Of a stretch of 51,192 bases of DNA, positions 1 to 12,000 are shown piece after piece (position 1 is the first letter of the stretch; every line of letters begins with the position of its first letter). The DNA is taken from positions 30,248,834-30,300,025 of the forward strand of contig NC_068994.1 of assembly GCF_001194135.2 (NCBI RefSeq), in the 5' to 3' direction. The notes under the pieces were generated by a model. That model ran no database searches and was not told the DNA's origin. It saw nothing but the letters and a program-made list of their open reading frames with translations. The stretch comes from Octopus bimaculoides (lineage: Eukaryota). Made by a program: the position numbers and the translations under genes.

Positions 1-29
1 ATATATATATTAATAATATATATAAATAA

Positions 30-460
30 TCATTATCATCATCATCATCGATTAACATCTGGTTTCCATGCTAGCATGGGTTGGACAATTTGACTGAGGA
101 CTGGCGAACCGGATGACTGCACCAGGCTCCAATCTGATTTGGCAGAGTTTCTACAGCTGGATGCCCTTCCTAACGCCAACCACTCTGAGAGTGTAGTGGG
201 TGCTTTTACATGCCACTGGCACGAGGGCCAGTCTGGCGGTACTAGCAATGGTCACACTCAAATGGTGTTTTTTACGTGTCACCTGCACAGGAGTCAGTCC
301 AGTGGCTCTGGCAATGACCTCACTCGAATATTTTGTTCATGTGCCACCAACACAAGTGCCAGTGAAGCGACGCTGGTAACAATCACACTCAAATGGTGCT
401 TTTTACGTGCCACTGGCATGGAAACCAGACAGCTGCTCTGGCAGTGATCCCGCTCAGATG
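30..460 (-). mobile_element. SINE-like element with (GAT)n tail (family A, RTE-type 3' end)
   Basis: (CAT)n run then TTAACATCTGGTTTCCATGCTAGCATGGGTTGGAC...CAGCTGGATGCCCTTCCTAACGCCAACCACTC. The same block recurs at about 2269, 19550, 20260, 22540, 22700, 33528 and 35757. The 5' part has internal GTGCCAC/GGCAC tandem modules. Confidence 0.8.
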
Positions 461-464
461 GTGC

Positions 465-704
465 GGAGGCGCAGGAGTGGCTGTGTGGTAAGTAGCTTGC
501 TTACCGACCACATGGTCCCGGGTTCAGTCCCACTGCGTGGCACCTTGGGTAAGTGTCTTCTACTATAGCCTCGGGCCGACCAAAGCCTTGTGAGTGGATT
601 TGGTAGACGGAAACTGAAAGAAGCCCGTCATATATATCTATATATATATATGTGTGTGTTTGTGTTTGTCCTCCTAGCATTGCTTGACAACCGATGCTGG
701 TGTG
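465..704 (+). mobile_element. tRNA-derived SINE (family B) head and body, cut by an assembly gap
   Basis: Pol III A-box TGGCTGTGTGG (478-488) and B-box GGTTCAGTCCC (521-531), then GGCACCTTGGGTAAG (CORE-like by recollection), an internal TA/TG microsatellite and the start of the 3' body. Homologues at 22375 and 25040-25368. Confidence 0.8.
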
Positions 705-1112
705 NNNNNNNNNNNNNNNNNNNNNNNNNNNNNNNNNNNNNNNNNNNNNNNNNNNNNNNNNNNNNNNNNNNNNNNNNNNNNNNNNNNNNNNNNNNNNNNN
801 NNNNNNNNNNNNNNNNNNNNNNNNNNNNNNNNNNNNNNNNNNNNNNNNNNNNNNNNNNNNNNNNNNNNNNNNNNNNNNNNNNNNNNNNNNNNNNNNNNNN
901 NNNNNNNNNNNNNNNNNNNNNNNNNNNNNNNNNNNNNNNNNNNNNNNNNNNNNNNNNNNNNNNNNNNNNNNNNNNNNNNNNNNNNNNNNNNNNNNNNNNN
1001 NNNNNNNNNNNNNNNNNNNNNNNNNNNNNNNNNNNNNNNNNNNNNNNNNNNNNNNNNNNNNNNNNNNNNNNNNNNNNNNNNNNNNNNNNNNNNNNNNNNN
1101 NNAAACAATATA

Positions 1113-1151
<39 letters not shown>

Positions 1152-1449
1152 CATACTAATGATATATATATATATATATATACATAGATATATAAATAAT
1201 ACATTTTTAAATCTCTCAGAGAGATTTATGCAGTAGTGATACGATAAAGTAGTTGTATGCTGTCAACTTAATGTGACAGTCCCATGAAGGGAATAATACT
1301 ACTGCTATTTAACCCTAGGAAGCTGCACCGCTTCCTGTCGGCCTTGACACATTTCCTCCAGACTGATGACGAGCAAAGACTCAGAAACATGTCTCTGGAT
1401 GCAGGCTTAGCTGGATGGAGGTGCTTGTCTCCTCCTTGTAAACATAAGG

Positions 1450-2265
1450 ACACAGGAAATAAAGTGTCTTTTCAATCTGCCAGTATTTTAAGTATCTCTG
1501 CAGTGATTCCTGATGGGCCAGAGGCTTTCCCTGTCTTCATACCCTAAATTGCTTTATCTACCATAGTACCGTCAATTCAGATAGCTGGTCCCTCTGTTGG
1601 GTCGACATTTGGCAGACTCTCTTTCTCCCATTCATTCTCTTCATTTAGCAACCTTTCATAGTGGCATCTCCAAGTCTCTCTCTTTGCAGCCTCATTAACT
1701 GCAAGTGCACCATCATCCATGCAGACACATTTCTCTCCTATGATACTACAATTCTCTCTCATACACTGTCTTGGTCCTCACAATGCAGAACATTGGCAAA
1801 TTTTTTCTTATCTGCTTCCCCTCTGGCTAAGTAAACCTGTCTCCTAGCTTCTCTTCTGGCAATCTGATACAATTCCCTGCAACCACCATTCTTCCAGTCC
1901 TTCCATGCCTGTTTCTTTTCCCTAATGGCCCTGTCAACTACATTGTTTCAACACCACGTTACCTTGAGTCGAGAGGGGACTTTGCACCATCCACAGATCT
2001 GATCAGTAGCCCTCAACAGGTTGTCTCATAAAAACCTCCTGTTGTCTTCCACATCATGTGATACTATATGCACCTCTATTTTCTCAAAAGCTTCAACTAA
2101 TACATCTCTGAATCTCTGTCCACTCACAGGATCTTTAAGCTTCCAGACCCTTCTTCTACACGCTGGTCATCTTCTGGGCATCCATTTAGCCTTGATCCTG
2201 AAGTCACTAACTACTTATCTATGTTGTTGGGTGCATTCTTCACCTGGGAAGGTTTTGGCATTTAT
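1450..2265 (-). mobile_element. RTE-clade LINE ORF2 fragment (endonuclease C-terminus, linker, start of RT), degraded
   Basis: Minus-strand translation gives INAKTFPGEECTQQHR, VWKLKDP, REKKQAWKDWK, WRCHYERLLNEENEW and MKTGKASGPSGITAEILK, with stops and frameshifts. Confidence 0.8.
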
Positions 2266-2268
2266 AAG

Positions 2269-2394
2269 CTGTAGAAACTCTGCCAAATCAGATTGGAGCC
2301 TGGTGTAGCCATCTGGTTCACCAGTCCTCAGTCAAATCGTCCGACCCATGCTAGCATGGAATGCGGACGTTAAACGATGATGATGATGATGATG
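2269..2394 (+). mobile_element. 5'-truncated family A SINE inserted into the RTE LINE
   Basis: Ends GCGGACGTTAAAC(GAT)n and is flanked by AAG on both sides (2266-2268, 2395-2397). Removing it restores LINE codons R-W-L-L-I-N. Confidence 0.85.
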
Positions 2395-2397
2395 AAG

Positions 2398-2973
2398 TAG
2401 CCATCTTGCCCATTTCCTGTCTCCATCAGATTGGTAAGTGAATAGGTGACTGTTAGGTTTCCCGAAGTTAGCATTACAAGCCATAGGATCATTTGCATTG
2501 CAGAACTCTAGCAACCTGGTTCCCTCCTCATTGCGAGAACCAAAACCATAGCCTCCATGGAAGCCCACTGTATGTTGTCCAACATGCCCATTGAAGTCGC
2601 CAGCTACAAAGAGAAGGTCCCTGCCATTCATCGATGAGGTAGTCTGCAAGAGGGTGTCATAAAATCGGTTTTTCTGTTCATCAGGTTGCCCCAACTGAGG
2701 GGCATAGGCTGAGATAATGGTTGCTAAACCATGTTGCAGCATTAATCTAATCTTAAGTGTTCTATCACAGATTCTGACTGCCTTGATTACCTTATCAACC
2801 CATTTCTCTTCAAGAAGTATACCCACGCCCCCAACCCCGTCAGTGTTTCCTGCCCAGAAAATCTTATACCCATGTTCTTTGCCTGTGAGGAACCTAGCAG
2901 AACTTCCTCTCCACCTTACTTCTTGGATGCAGCACAAATCTATACGTCTCCGTTCAAGCATATGTATATACAT
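2398..2973 (-). mobile_element. RTE-clade LINE APE endonuclease fragment
   Basis: Motifs IDLCCIQEVRW, GVGILL, ISAYAPQ, FYD, VAGDFNGHVG, GYGFGSRNEEG, LLEFC, N-F-KP-SHL-TY are characteristic of the RTE APE domain. Confidence 0.9.
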
Positions 2974-3319
2974 ATATATCTATGTATGTATACACGTGTA
3001 TATATGTATATATATATAAAAAAGAGGTGAAGACCGAAATCCTTATATTTCATTTACTGTATATACATTCTGAGTTCACTGTAAGCCTGGTGCTTATTCT
3101 ATCAGTATATTCTGCTGAACAGCTAAGTNNNNNNNNNNTATATATATGTGTGTATATATATATATATATGTGTATATATATATATAGGTTTTTATATGTA
3201 TGTATATTTAGGTATACTAGCTGGACCAGTGAAAAATTCAGAGAAATTATGAAAAATGTAAGTATCTGCAAATTATGTGCTGTTGCCATGAGAAATGTTT
3301 CTATATTGTGACAGTTAAA

Positions 3320-3490
3320 GGCAGCGAGCTGGCAGAATCATTAGCACGCTGGCGAAATGCTTAGCTTTATTTCATGTCTTTACATTCTGAGTTCAAATTC
3401 TGCCGAGGTTGACTTTGCCTTTCATCCTTTTGGGGCTGATAAATTAAGTACCAGTTACATACTGGGGTCGATCTAAGTGACTACCCTTCT
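3320..3490 (+). mobile_element. tRNA-derived SINE (family C)
   Basis: GGCAGCGAGCTGGCAGAATC head, B-box-like GAGTTCAAATTC, central GACTTTGCCTTTCATCCTTTTGGGGCTGATAAATTAAGTACCAG. Homologues at about 6195, 14860, 17970, 20870, 29674-30276, 47990, 50050 and 50734. Confidence 0.75.
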
Positions 3491-3669
3491 CCACACAAAA
3501 ATTTCAACAGTGACAGAATATAGAAAGAAGTGTAAAACCGATAACTATATAATTCAATCAAAGTATCTCAGTTATGCAAACGTAAAGAGAATTACTATTT
3601 ATCCTTAAAATACATCGTATGTATTCAGAGAACCCTCTTGGTGTAGTGGTACGGAACATTTTTCTCATA

Positions 3670-3900
3670 TTCTTTTACTTGTTTCAGTCATATGACGGTG
3701 GCCATGCTGGAGTACCACCCTTTAGTTGAAAAAATTGAACCCTGGACTTATTCTCTGTAAGCCTGGTGCTTATTCTATCAGTATATTCTGCTGAACAGCT
3801 AAGTTACAGGGATGCAAACACACCAACACAACATCGGTTGTCAAGCAATGGTGGTGGGGGTACAAACACAGACACATTCATATATATGTGTGTGTGTGTG
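3670..3900 (-). mobile_element. family B SINE 3' body
   Basis: TTTTACTTGTTTCAGTCA...GCCATGCTGGAG...AAGTTACAGGGATGCAAACACACC, the reverse complement of the copies at 4700-4910 and 5950-6165. Confidence 0.7.
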
Positions 3901-4699
3901 TATGTGTATCTTTTAATTTTTGCTTACTTATACACATCAACAAATGACCCAATTGAACAACTCTGTGTGGTTGTTCAATTTGCTAGAAATAACAGCCAAA
4001 TCTCTCTCATACTATGCTCTTGTTAGTATTAAGGAAAGGGAAAAAATAGATTTAATATTTTAAATTTTGTTCAGCTCTATGAATTTAATTTTTTTTTTAA
4101 TGCTTTCATCAATTATTTGATACAAGAAAAAAGAAATTGGAAAAATTCTGACCAAAACAGAGAAATTGTAACTTAACAAAAATATAGAAAGAGAAAGAAA
4201 AAGTTGTATTCAAAATCCAAAAGATGTTCTTTAGCTGAGGTGTAATTTTATAATTAAAACAAATTCACAATTTAAATTTCAGAACATAAGACTTAACATG
4301 TTATTTGGTGTATGGCTGAAGTCAAATGAGTAGAAGACCTAAAACAAATGTGTGTGTGTGTGGTTGGGCCTTTAGTAGCCAGGAGTCAATTTCAGTTCAA
4401 TCATAGAAAGGAATTCAGCCACTCCTGTTCACTCTCTCTTTCTCACTTCCTCTCTCCCTTGTTCCACACACATCAAATTTAGATATCTTAATTTTCCCAT
4501 TGAGACTGTTGCTGCTTTGGTGAACCAGTAGGCATGGGTGTTGAGAAGTAGGTGGTGATTTCAAATCTCTTCCAGAAATTACAAGAGATCTAGTTAAAAC
4601 TTTTTATTTAAGCAACAAAATTTCTTTTAACAATTTCTTTCATGTAGGTACGAAAAACAAACTAGCGTATTAATATTATTGATATATGTATGTATATAT

Positions 4700-4910
4700 G
4701 TGTGTGTGTGTGTGTATGTGTGTTCGTACCCCCACCATTGTTTGTCAACCAATTTTGCTGTGTTTACATCTCCATTACTTAGCAGTTCGGCAAAAGACAT
4801 AGAACGAATACTAGGCTTACAAAGAATAAACCCTGTGGTCGATTTTTTCGACCAAAGGTGGTGCTCCAGCATGGCTGCAGTCACATGACTGAAACAAGTA
4901 AAACAATAAA
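4700..4910 (+). mobile_element. family B SINE 3' body
   Basis: CTTAGCAGTTCGGCAAAAGAC...GGTGCTCCAGCATGGCTGCAGTC...ACTGAAACAAGTAAAA, matching 5950-6165. Confidence 0.7.
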
Positions 4911-5949
4911 AAAACTATATCATTTAATCCTGAGCAAGGCCGGGTATCTCAGCTAGTAATATATATATATATATATATTAACATTTATATTTATATAAGG
5001 GCATTACTATACAATAACGCCTCACGCTATGAGGGACTCTAAGGTCAGACTACCATAAAAAGCACATTTTTACCGAACGCGAGGAAATGCAACTCTCAAA
5101 GCCAACCCCTTAAAAACAGACTAAATTATAGATCATGATTTCGTAGTTATTGTAGTATTATACAACCTCTATTCGTCAGTATAATATGGTCAAGAAAAAT
5201 AGAAATAAACAGTGAATCAACATACCAAACGAACACCGTGTATCCAGCATAGCATATAGACGACTGTTCATCGCTATTTCCCTATGTAAGTGGTGGGAAT
5301 TTCAAATTGCANNNNNNNNNNNNNNNNNNNNNNNNNNNNNNNNNNNNNNNNNNNNNNNNNNNNNNNNNNNNNNNNNNNNNNNNNNNNNNNNNNNNNNNNN
5401 NNNNNNNNNNNNNNNNNNNNNNNNNNNNNNNNNNNNNNNNNNNNNNNNNNNNNNNNNNNNNNNNNNNNNNNNNNNNNNNNNNNNNNNNNNNNNNNNNNNN
5501 NNNNNNNNNNNNNNNNNNNNNNNNNNNNNNNNNNNNNNNNNNNNNNNNNNNNNNNNNNNNNNNNNNNNNNNNNNNNNNNNNNNNNNNNNNNNNNNNNNNN
5601 NNNNNNNNNNNNNNNNNNNNNNNNNNNNNNNNNNNNNNNNNNNNNNNNNNNNNNNNNNNNNNNNNNNNNNNNNNNNNNNNNNNNNNNNNNNNNNNNNNNN
5701 NNNNNNNNNNNNNNNNNNNNNNNNNNNNNNNNNNNNNNNNNNNNNNNNNNNNNNNNNNNNNNNNNNNNNNNNNNNNNNNNNNNNNNNNNNNNNNNNNNNN
5801 NNNNNNNNNNNNNNTATATATATTAACATATATATATATATATATATCTTAATAGTATACATATATATATATTAATAAAATACATATATATTGATAATAT
5901 ATATATATTAATGATATATGTATATGCTATTTATATGTGTGTGTGTGCC

Positions 5950-6165
5950 TGTGTGTGTATGTTTGTATCTGTGTTTGTCCCCTCACCATTGCTTGATGAC
6001 CAATGTTGGTGTGTTTATGTGCCCGTAACTTAGCAGTTCGGCAAAAGAGACCAATAGAATAAGTACTAGGTTTACAAAGAATAAGTCCTGGGGTTGATTT
6101 GTTTGACTAAAGGCGGTGCTCCAGCATGGCCGCAGTCAAATGACTGAAACAAATAAAAGAAAAGA
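5950..6165 (+). mobile_element. family B SINE 3' body
   Basis: Same body as 4700-4910. Confidence 0.7.
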
Positions 6166-6194
6166 ATATATATATATATATAAATATATATGTA

Positions 6195-6385
6195 TGTGTG
6201 AGCTGGCAGAATTGTTAGCATGCTGGGCAAAATGTTTAGCAGCATTTTATCCATCTTTCAAATTCTGTTGAGGTCGACTTTCTCTTTCAAACTTTTGGGG
6301 TTGATAAAATAAGTACCACCTGTGCACTGGAGTCAATATAATCGATTGCCTCTCCCCTGAACTTGTTGACCTTATGCCAAAATTT
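6195..6385 (+). mobile_element. family C SINE
   Basis: GAGCTGGCAGAATTGTTAGCATGC head and GGTCGACTTT...GGGGTTGATAAAATAAGTACC core. Confidence 0.65.
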
Positions 6386-6589
6386 GAAACTGATGTATAT
6401 AACTAAGGGCCAGTCCTCCTCTGAGACCTGTATGCCTTAGCTTTAGGACCATTTGCTGTTATTTGACAGGTACTGCTATCCCAGGCCAGGGTGAACTTTG
6501 GAGTAGAGCTAACTAAAGGGTGACTCTACCCCAACCCACCCAAATTCATGGATTCTTAAAGTACAGCCTCACTATCAAATGCAGTTTGT

Positions 6590-7017
6590 CCTTTCAGCAT
6601 CCAGATTATTGTCAAATGTAATGCTTACTTTTTCACTTTGTTTTGAAGTGATCATGTGTTATCTTGTAGCGTCAAGATTAATATGTGATTGGTTATTTTT
6701 AGATTGACATTGTAGAGTGGGTGTGAGAGGCCTGATCTGAATGGTTTGAACATAAAACAAGCAGACTATTTTGGACTGGTATGGCCAGTTTAATCATTTA
6801 GTATTTAAACCGGCCATATCTGGTCCAAATATTCTACTTATTTTATGTTCAAACTGGCCAGATCTGGCCTCTCACACCTATCTTACAATGTTATTCTAAA
6901 AATAAACAATCACATCATCAAAATCTTAAAGTTAGGATATAATGCATGATTAATTTAAACCAATGTGAATAAATAAGCATTACATCTGGCAGAATAATCT
7001 GAATGCTAAAGGATTAA
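6590..7017. repeat. Imperfect ~430-bp palindrome: two MITE-like units joined in inverted orientation
   Basis: Left arm CTTTCAGCATCCAGATTATTGTCAAATGTAATGCTTA...GTGTGAGAGGCCTGATCTG...TTTGAACATAAAA mirrors right arm TTTTATGTTCAAA...CAGATCTGGCCTCTCACAC...TAAGCATTACATCTGGCAGAATAATCTGAATGCTAAAGGATTAA. The right end resembles a TTAA-CCCTT piggyBac-type terminus. Confidence 0.65.
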
Positions 7018-8023
7018 TGTCTTGATCAAGATAACCTCAAATCACATCTTACAATACATCCTAGGTACACTGGATCTGATGGGTAAACAAAATGATCAAA
7101 CTGGAATGTCTTTTAATTGTAGGTTTGTTCAAGTAGGGTTGACAGGTGTTTATACAACAACAAAAGATGAAAACATTTATAATAACAAAAATACATGAAA
7201 TAAACTATGGATGTCTGCAATGGAAACTAAATTGGCAGAGAAGTTTGATTATTTTAAAGATATCCTGAATATAACAATTATATCTGTAATTAGAGAAAAT
7301 TAAACTACATGTTTGGTAAAGAACAGAACTTTATTGCTATCAGTTTTCTGTGGATTTTGAATGCATAAAATAAATATGGGAATATTTCCCAGTGTTGCCA
7401 GTTGCATAAAGAATGTATAGTTAAGTGGGGAACAGAAATAAGGTAGTATGCCAAACAATGTTCGCTCAATTAAAATTTTACCTGTAATAGTAACGAAGGA
7501 AGAACAATCATCAGCATTAATGATAATTCTTGTCAAGAAAATAAGGGAAATAATTCTGAAATCCTAAGATTATCGTTCATTGAAGGCATTTAATAATACT
7601 TAAAAATATCCATAGTTGTTACCATACTTACCAAAGATAATACTCCCACCCCATAGCATGTTCAAATTTTAATAAATTCAGATTTCAGAGTTATCTCTCT
7701 TTTTTCATCATAATAATTGTCATTAATACTAAGTGTGATTTTCTTTATTACAGAGATAATTTTAATTCAGCAATATTTATTTTTTATTTTGGTTCCTACA
7801 ATAAGTATGTCAGCTCCCAATTAATTACTTATTTCCACTGATTACATCCATAGTAAAGTTTTACAAACAGAATTGAAATAGTGAATAAATGATTTTTAAT
7901 TAATACCGAAATTTATATTGATGAATAGCCAATAAAATGATACACTTAACAGTAATTAAGATGACACATTCAAGTCCTAAATTCCTAAAAACTGAGAATA
8001 ACAATCATGAGAAAAGAAGGAAT

Positions 8024-9073
8024 TTATGGTTGATTAACACCACCAGATTCTGGTAGGTTGTACTGAAAAACTTGATCCTTGTTAGATGATGGGTTCACTT
8101 CAGCCAAGTTTGGCATCATATGTGCTTTCTCATGACACTGTAGGATTGATTTTTGAGGGAAGACTTTTCCACAGACATTACATTCAAAGATCTTTTTGTT
8201 GCCATGTGTGCGTTTATGAGTCTTGAGATTGCCTTTCTGGGAGAAATTCTTCCCGCATATATCACAGGAGAACGGTTTCTCACCTGTGTGAGTTCTGATG
8301 TGACTGAGTAAGTTAATTCTTTGTGCAAATGCTTTGTCACATAAGGTGCAGACAAATGGCTTGTGACATGCATGTGTGTGCTCATGGTTACGAAGGTGTG
8401 CACGTTGGCTGAATGCTTTTGAACAATGGGAACATTGAAAAGGTCGCTCTCCAGAGTGTGTCCTTATATGGTTACTAAGATGGTCCTTCTGGCTGAATGC
8501 TTTTGGACAGGTAGGACATTTAAAAGGTCGTTCCCCTGTGTGGGTGCGCTCATGTACTTTGAGATGAGCTTTTTGGCTAAAAGACTTAAGACAAACTAAA
8601 CATGTATAAGGGCGATCACCTGTGTGTGTCCTCTCATGGCTGCGCAAATGTGCTTTCTGAGCAAACACTTTCTGGCAGTAGACACAACTATGATGCTGTT
8701 GCCGGTCACCACTTCCGGAATATGCACTGTGTTCATGATTTTGAAGGTTGGCTCGCCGACTAAAGCTTTTGCGGCAAATTTCACACTTGTAAGGTTTGCT
8801 GCTGTGACTTGCGACCTTGGCAGAAGTTTGTGACTCCGGTGCATTTAAATGTTCACGGTTACTCCGACACTGGTAGCCACCCTTGACTGAATTGTTTAAA
8901 TAATGAGGGCAAGTGGGTTCATGGTGATGGTGGTGATGGTGGTGGTGGTGGTGACGGTAGCGTGAGTGATTGTTATCTTCAGGTTGTTGAAATGGCTTGT
9001 TGTTGACGTCATATCTGTATTGGTTATCCACAGAAGATGAACTTGGATAAACAGGTTGCATGTGAAACATCAT
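8024..9073 (-). CDS. C2H2 zinc-finger protein (ZNF-A), 349 aa, single coding exon: 7 intact tandem fingers, 1 degenerate finger, N-terminal poly-His tract
   Basis: Uninterrupted ORF with CxxC-x12-HxxxH repeats and TGERP/TGEKP/SGERP linkers. An in-frame TGA lies 16 codons upstream of the ATG. Candidate splice acceptor ATCCTTACAG at 9270-9261. Confidence 0.92.
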   Translation of the reverse strand: MMFHMQPVYPSSSSVDNQYRYDVNNKPFQQPEDNNHSRYRHHHHHHHHHHHEPTCPHYLNNSVKGGYQCRSNREHLNAPESQTSAKVASHSSKPYKCEICRKSFSRRANLQNHEHSAYSGSGDRQQHHSCVYCQKVFAQKAHLRSHERTHTGDRPYTCLVCLKSFSQKAHLKVHERTHTGERPFKCPTCPKAFSQKDHLSNHIRTHSGERPFQCSHCSKAFSQRAHLRNHEHTHACHKPFVCTLCDKAFAQRINLLSHIRTHTGEKPFSCDICGKNFSQKGNLKTHKRTHGNKKIFECNVCGKVFPQKSILQCHEKAHMMPNLAEVNPSSNKDQVFQYNLPESGGVNQP

Positions 9074-12000
9074 AATTATAAGTATGCCAAGGGCTTCGTT
9101 TAAAACAGAAGGAATATCTCATTCCATAGCAGTCATGGTGTTGCAAACAAAACGAATTCTTTTAAAATTTTGTCAATTCTTAAATCATCACCTTAAACAC
9201 CTACTGTTAATAATTCTTGACAATTCAAATACTTGGCTCTTAGAGGAAAGTTTGGACAAGCTGTAAGGATTCTTTATGTTTGATCATTGCATGCAAACAG
9301 TTATGATATCTCGGGATCATTGGAAGAATTAATGACTTTTGAATAATTTATAAATATATATATGTGCATATATAATTTTTTTACACTGATTATATTTGTC
9401 TTAAATACTGTAGAACCCCATGTATTATATGTAGTTTATCATCAAAACCAGTATTAAAATTAGAGGTGTACATAATGCAAAGTACTCATAAAAATAGAGG
9501 TGTATATGAATATGTTGCTCAAATAATTTTCAAGTAATCACAAGGTTTTTAAGACAATTTAGGTCCTGAAAATTAAGGTATGTACAATATACACATTATA
9601 CACAAACTTTATACTTAGTCAAATATAGTCTAGTAAATAATTTTTTCCTGCATATCAATAATTTAGGTGTTATAGCATTAAAAGTCTATTGCGTTGTGAG
9701 CTAGTTAGATCTGTTAAGTACAGTCTTCATATAGTGTGTGACTTTGGCATCTCAACAAGATGTGGTCAAGAAAAGCAAATAAGACTCTTCTAGTTTTCTG
9801 TTTCAGTTACCATTCTGATCTTCATACATCTACAAAGATACAAAGAATTAATCCAACACAAGAAAACATGAAAGGCAACAATATATAACACAAACAATAT
9901 ATAAATTTGAAGTATTAGTAGTAGTAGAAGAAAAAGAAAAGCTCATAGTCATTTCTGATTGAGCAGACCAACGATATACCAGCCATAACCAGAAACACTA
10001 TATAGCTTAATGTGCTCTTCCTTTTTACAGGTAGCAGGGAGTGATTTGAGATTTGGTTACTATTTCTAGCAGCTTGAACAACTATGTAGATGCTCTCTCA
10101 TTCTCTATAAAACCTAGTATAGTAGCAATAGTTTAGCCCTACATCAGGCCCTGTTGAAATAGTCTTATGATTGAAGATATTTCATCCTTGACCATCAAGT
10201 CTTTTATTTCCCAAGAAGCCTCTATGTAACTGCTTGATCTGCTAGAAACAGGCACCACAAAAATAAGACGTGAGATTTATATGAAAGGAAAAATGTGTGA
10301 CAATGGGTGACAATACAGCAGCAAGTGTTCTAAGGTTGTATTTTCCTTCTAATGCAGGGATTAGCTTTGCAGGGCCCCATGACAGACTCCTCTATTCTGC
10401 CCTGCGCTCTACATCCTTACCCAAGTAACTCCAGTTACTCTCGTTTCCTTCAGGTATATTTTCATTGATCTTCCCTTTCCTTCCTCATGTTGAGGATGTG
10501 AGATGTTTAAGTGCAATCATAGCTCCTTGATTAAGAAGTTTATTTCACAACCATGTGGTTATGAGTTCAATCTCATTGAGTAGCACCTTGGACAATTGTC
10601 TTCCTTCAACTGTAAACTTAGATTGCCCAGTATCTTGGAGAGCTCTAAGTATCTCCACCTGGGTAGCTCTAAGGCTTGGACATAACTGAAGGAAGGACAC
10701 CGTTTATTAAGGAAATAAGCTTCTTAGATTCACGACAGCACGTTTTGTTACCGTATTTCTGTTGAAGTATACTGCCTTTGTTTGAATCAATTTTGAAAAT
10801 ATTGAAGAATTTAATCAAATAACAGTCATTGTTAAGCTGGTATATGGAACATAAATTAAGATGAAATTTTGGTGGAAAGTTTTAACAGTAAGTTTGTGTT
10901 ATAGAACCAGTGGCAGTTTCAGGTGTTTTGGCATCAAAAGAATTAAAGATATCAAAACCCAAATGATTAAATCAGCAGGGAAATTGTAACGGGGTGGTGA
11001 TGGTGCTAGAGGTAAGCAGGTTGTTGCTCACCAGTAGGTCAATCCTGATGAAAGACCTAAGATTAAAGGCATTCTTGTCTTTGTAGGGGTACCTAAGACT
11101 ACATTATGCAATGTGACTTTTTTTTTAAGACAGGACATAATGTGATTAGAGGGAGGTTTAACTGATATTTCTAATGACTACAGACATGTTACCTTGTTTG
11201 AGGTTTTGATGAAGATGCTCATTAATTTAGCAATGTTGATGAAGGCAATGAATATTAAGCTTATTCCTAAAGACTGGAAGAGGAGGAGGAGGATAGGGTG
11301 GGTTGTATATGTTGTTGGAAGGGAACTGATGAAATGAGAAGTGAAATGAATAAAATATGAAAGTAGTGTGTGTATGTGTGGAGGAGGTTCAGGTGCGGAC
11401 AACATTTGTAGTAAATGAAGAAAGAGGAGTGGGAGGAGAAAGAGGAGGTTTTCAATAATCAATTTAAAATTACACTACAACAAAATATTTAAAATTAAAA
11501 TATTTAGAATGCATTCCTCCTTTTAGAACTAAATACCCTAGTCAATAGAGAGACACTATAAAAGACCGGAGGTAGTTAAGTAGATAGAATAGAGGGGTTG
11601 GACAGTACCAAAGAGGATAACACTAATTGGTTAGAGATATGGCGGAATATAGTGAGAGAGAGAGAGAATTACAAGGAAAGGGTATTTAGAACAAGGAAAT
11701 TGGAAGGATACAGGGGAAAGTGTAAGAGAAATGAGAAAAAGGAGAATTTTGTAAACTTGTTCAACCCATCCATGGAACAAAAGTGTAGTGATAGAGTATT
11801 AAAAGAGATAAATTGGGTGTTCGTGTTTTGGGGCTATTTCATTATTATTGAGTAAAGTTTATAGAGCTGAATTCTGCGGAGCTGGCCATTAATGGCGAGA
11901 TGTTACATGTTTAATTTACCTGCATGTTCCATTGTACATCAACAAACGGAAGGGCGCTGGGGGAAGGAGATGGGTTATTTTGGCAAAACAGCAGCACTAA

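Noticed and set aside
465-560. tRNA-like sequences here and at 15610-15690
   Set aside because: They have A and B boxes but no complete cloverleaf and continue into SINE bodies, so they are SINE heads rather than tRNA genes.
8116-8844. Overlapping alternative-frame and antisense ORFs within ZNF-A (and 27026-27427 within ZNF-B)
   Set aside because: Shadow frames of repetitive zinc-finger coding sequence with no independent support.
10740-10950. Possible second TTAA-type MITE
   Set aside because: It resembles a repeat I recall, but only weak terminal similarity is visible and there is no second copy in the window.
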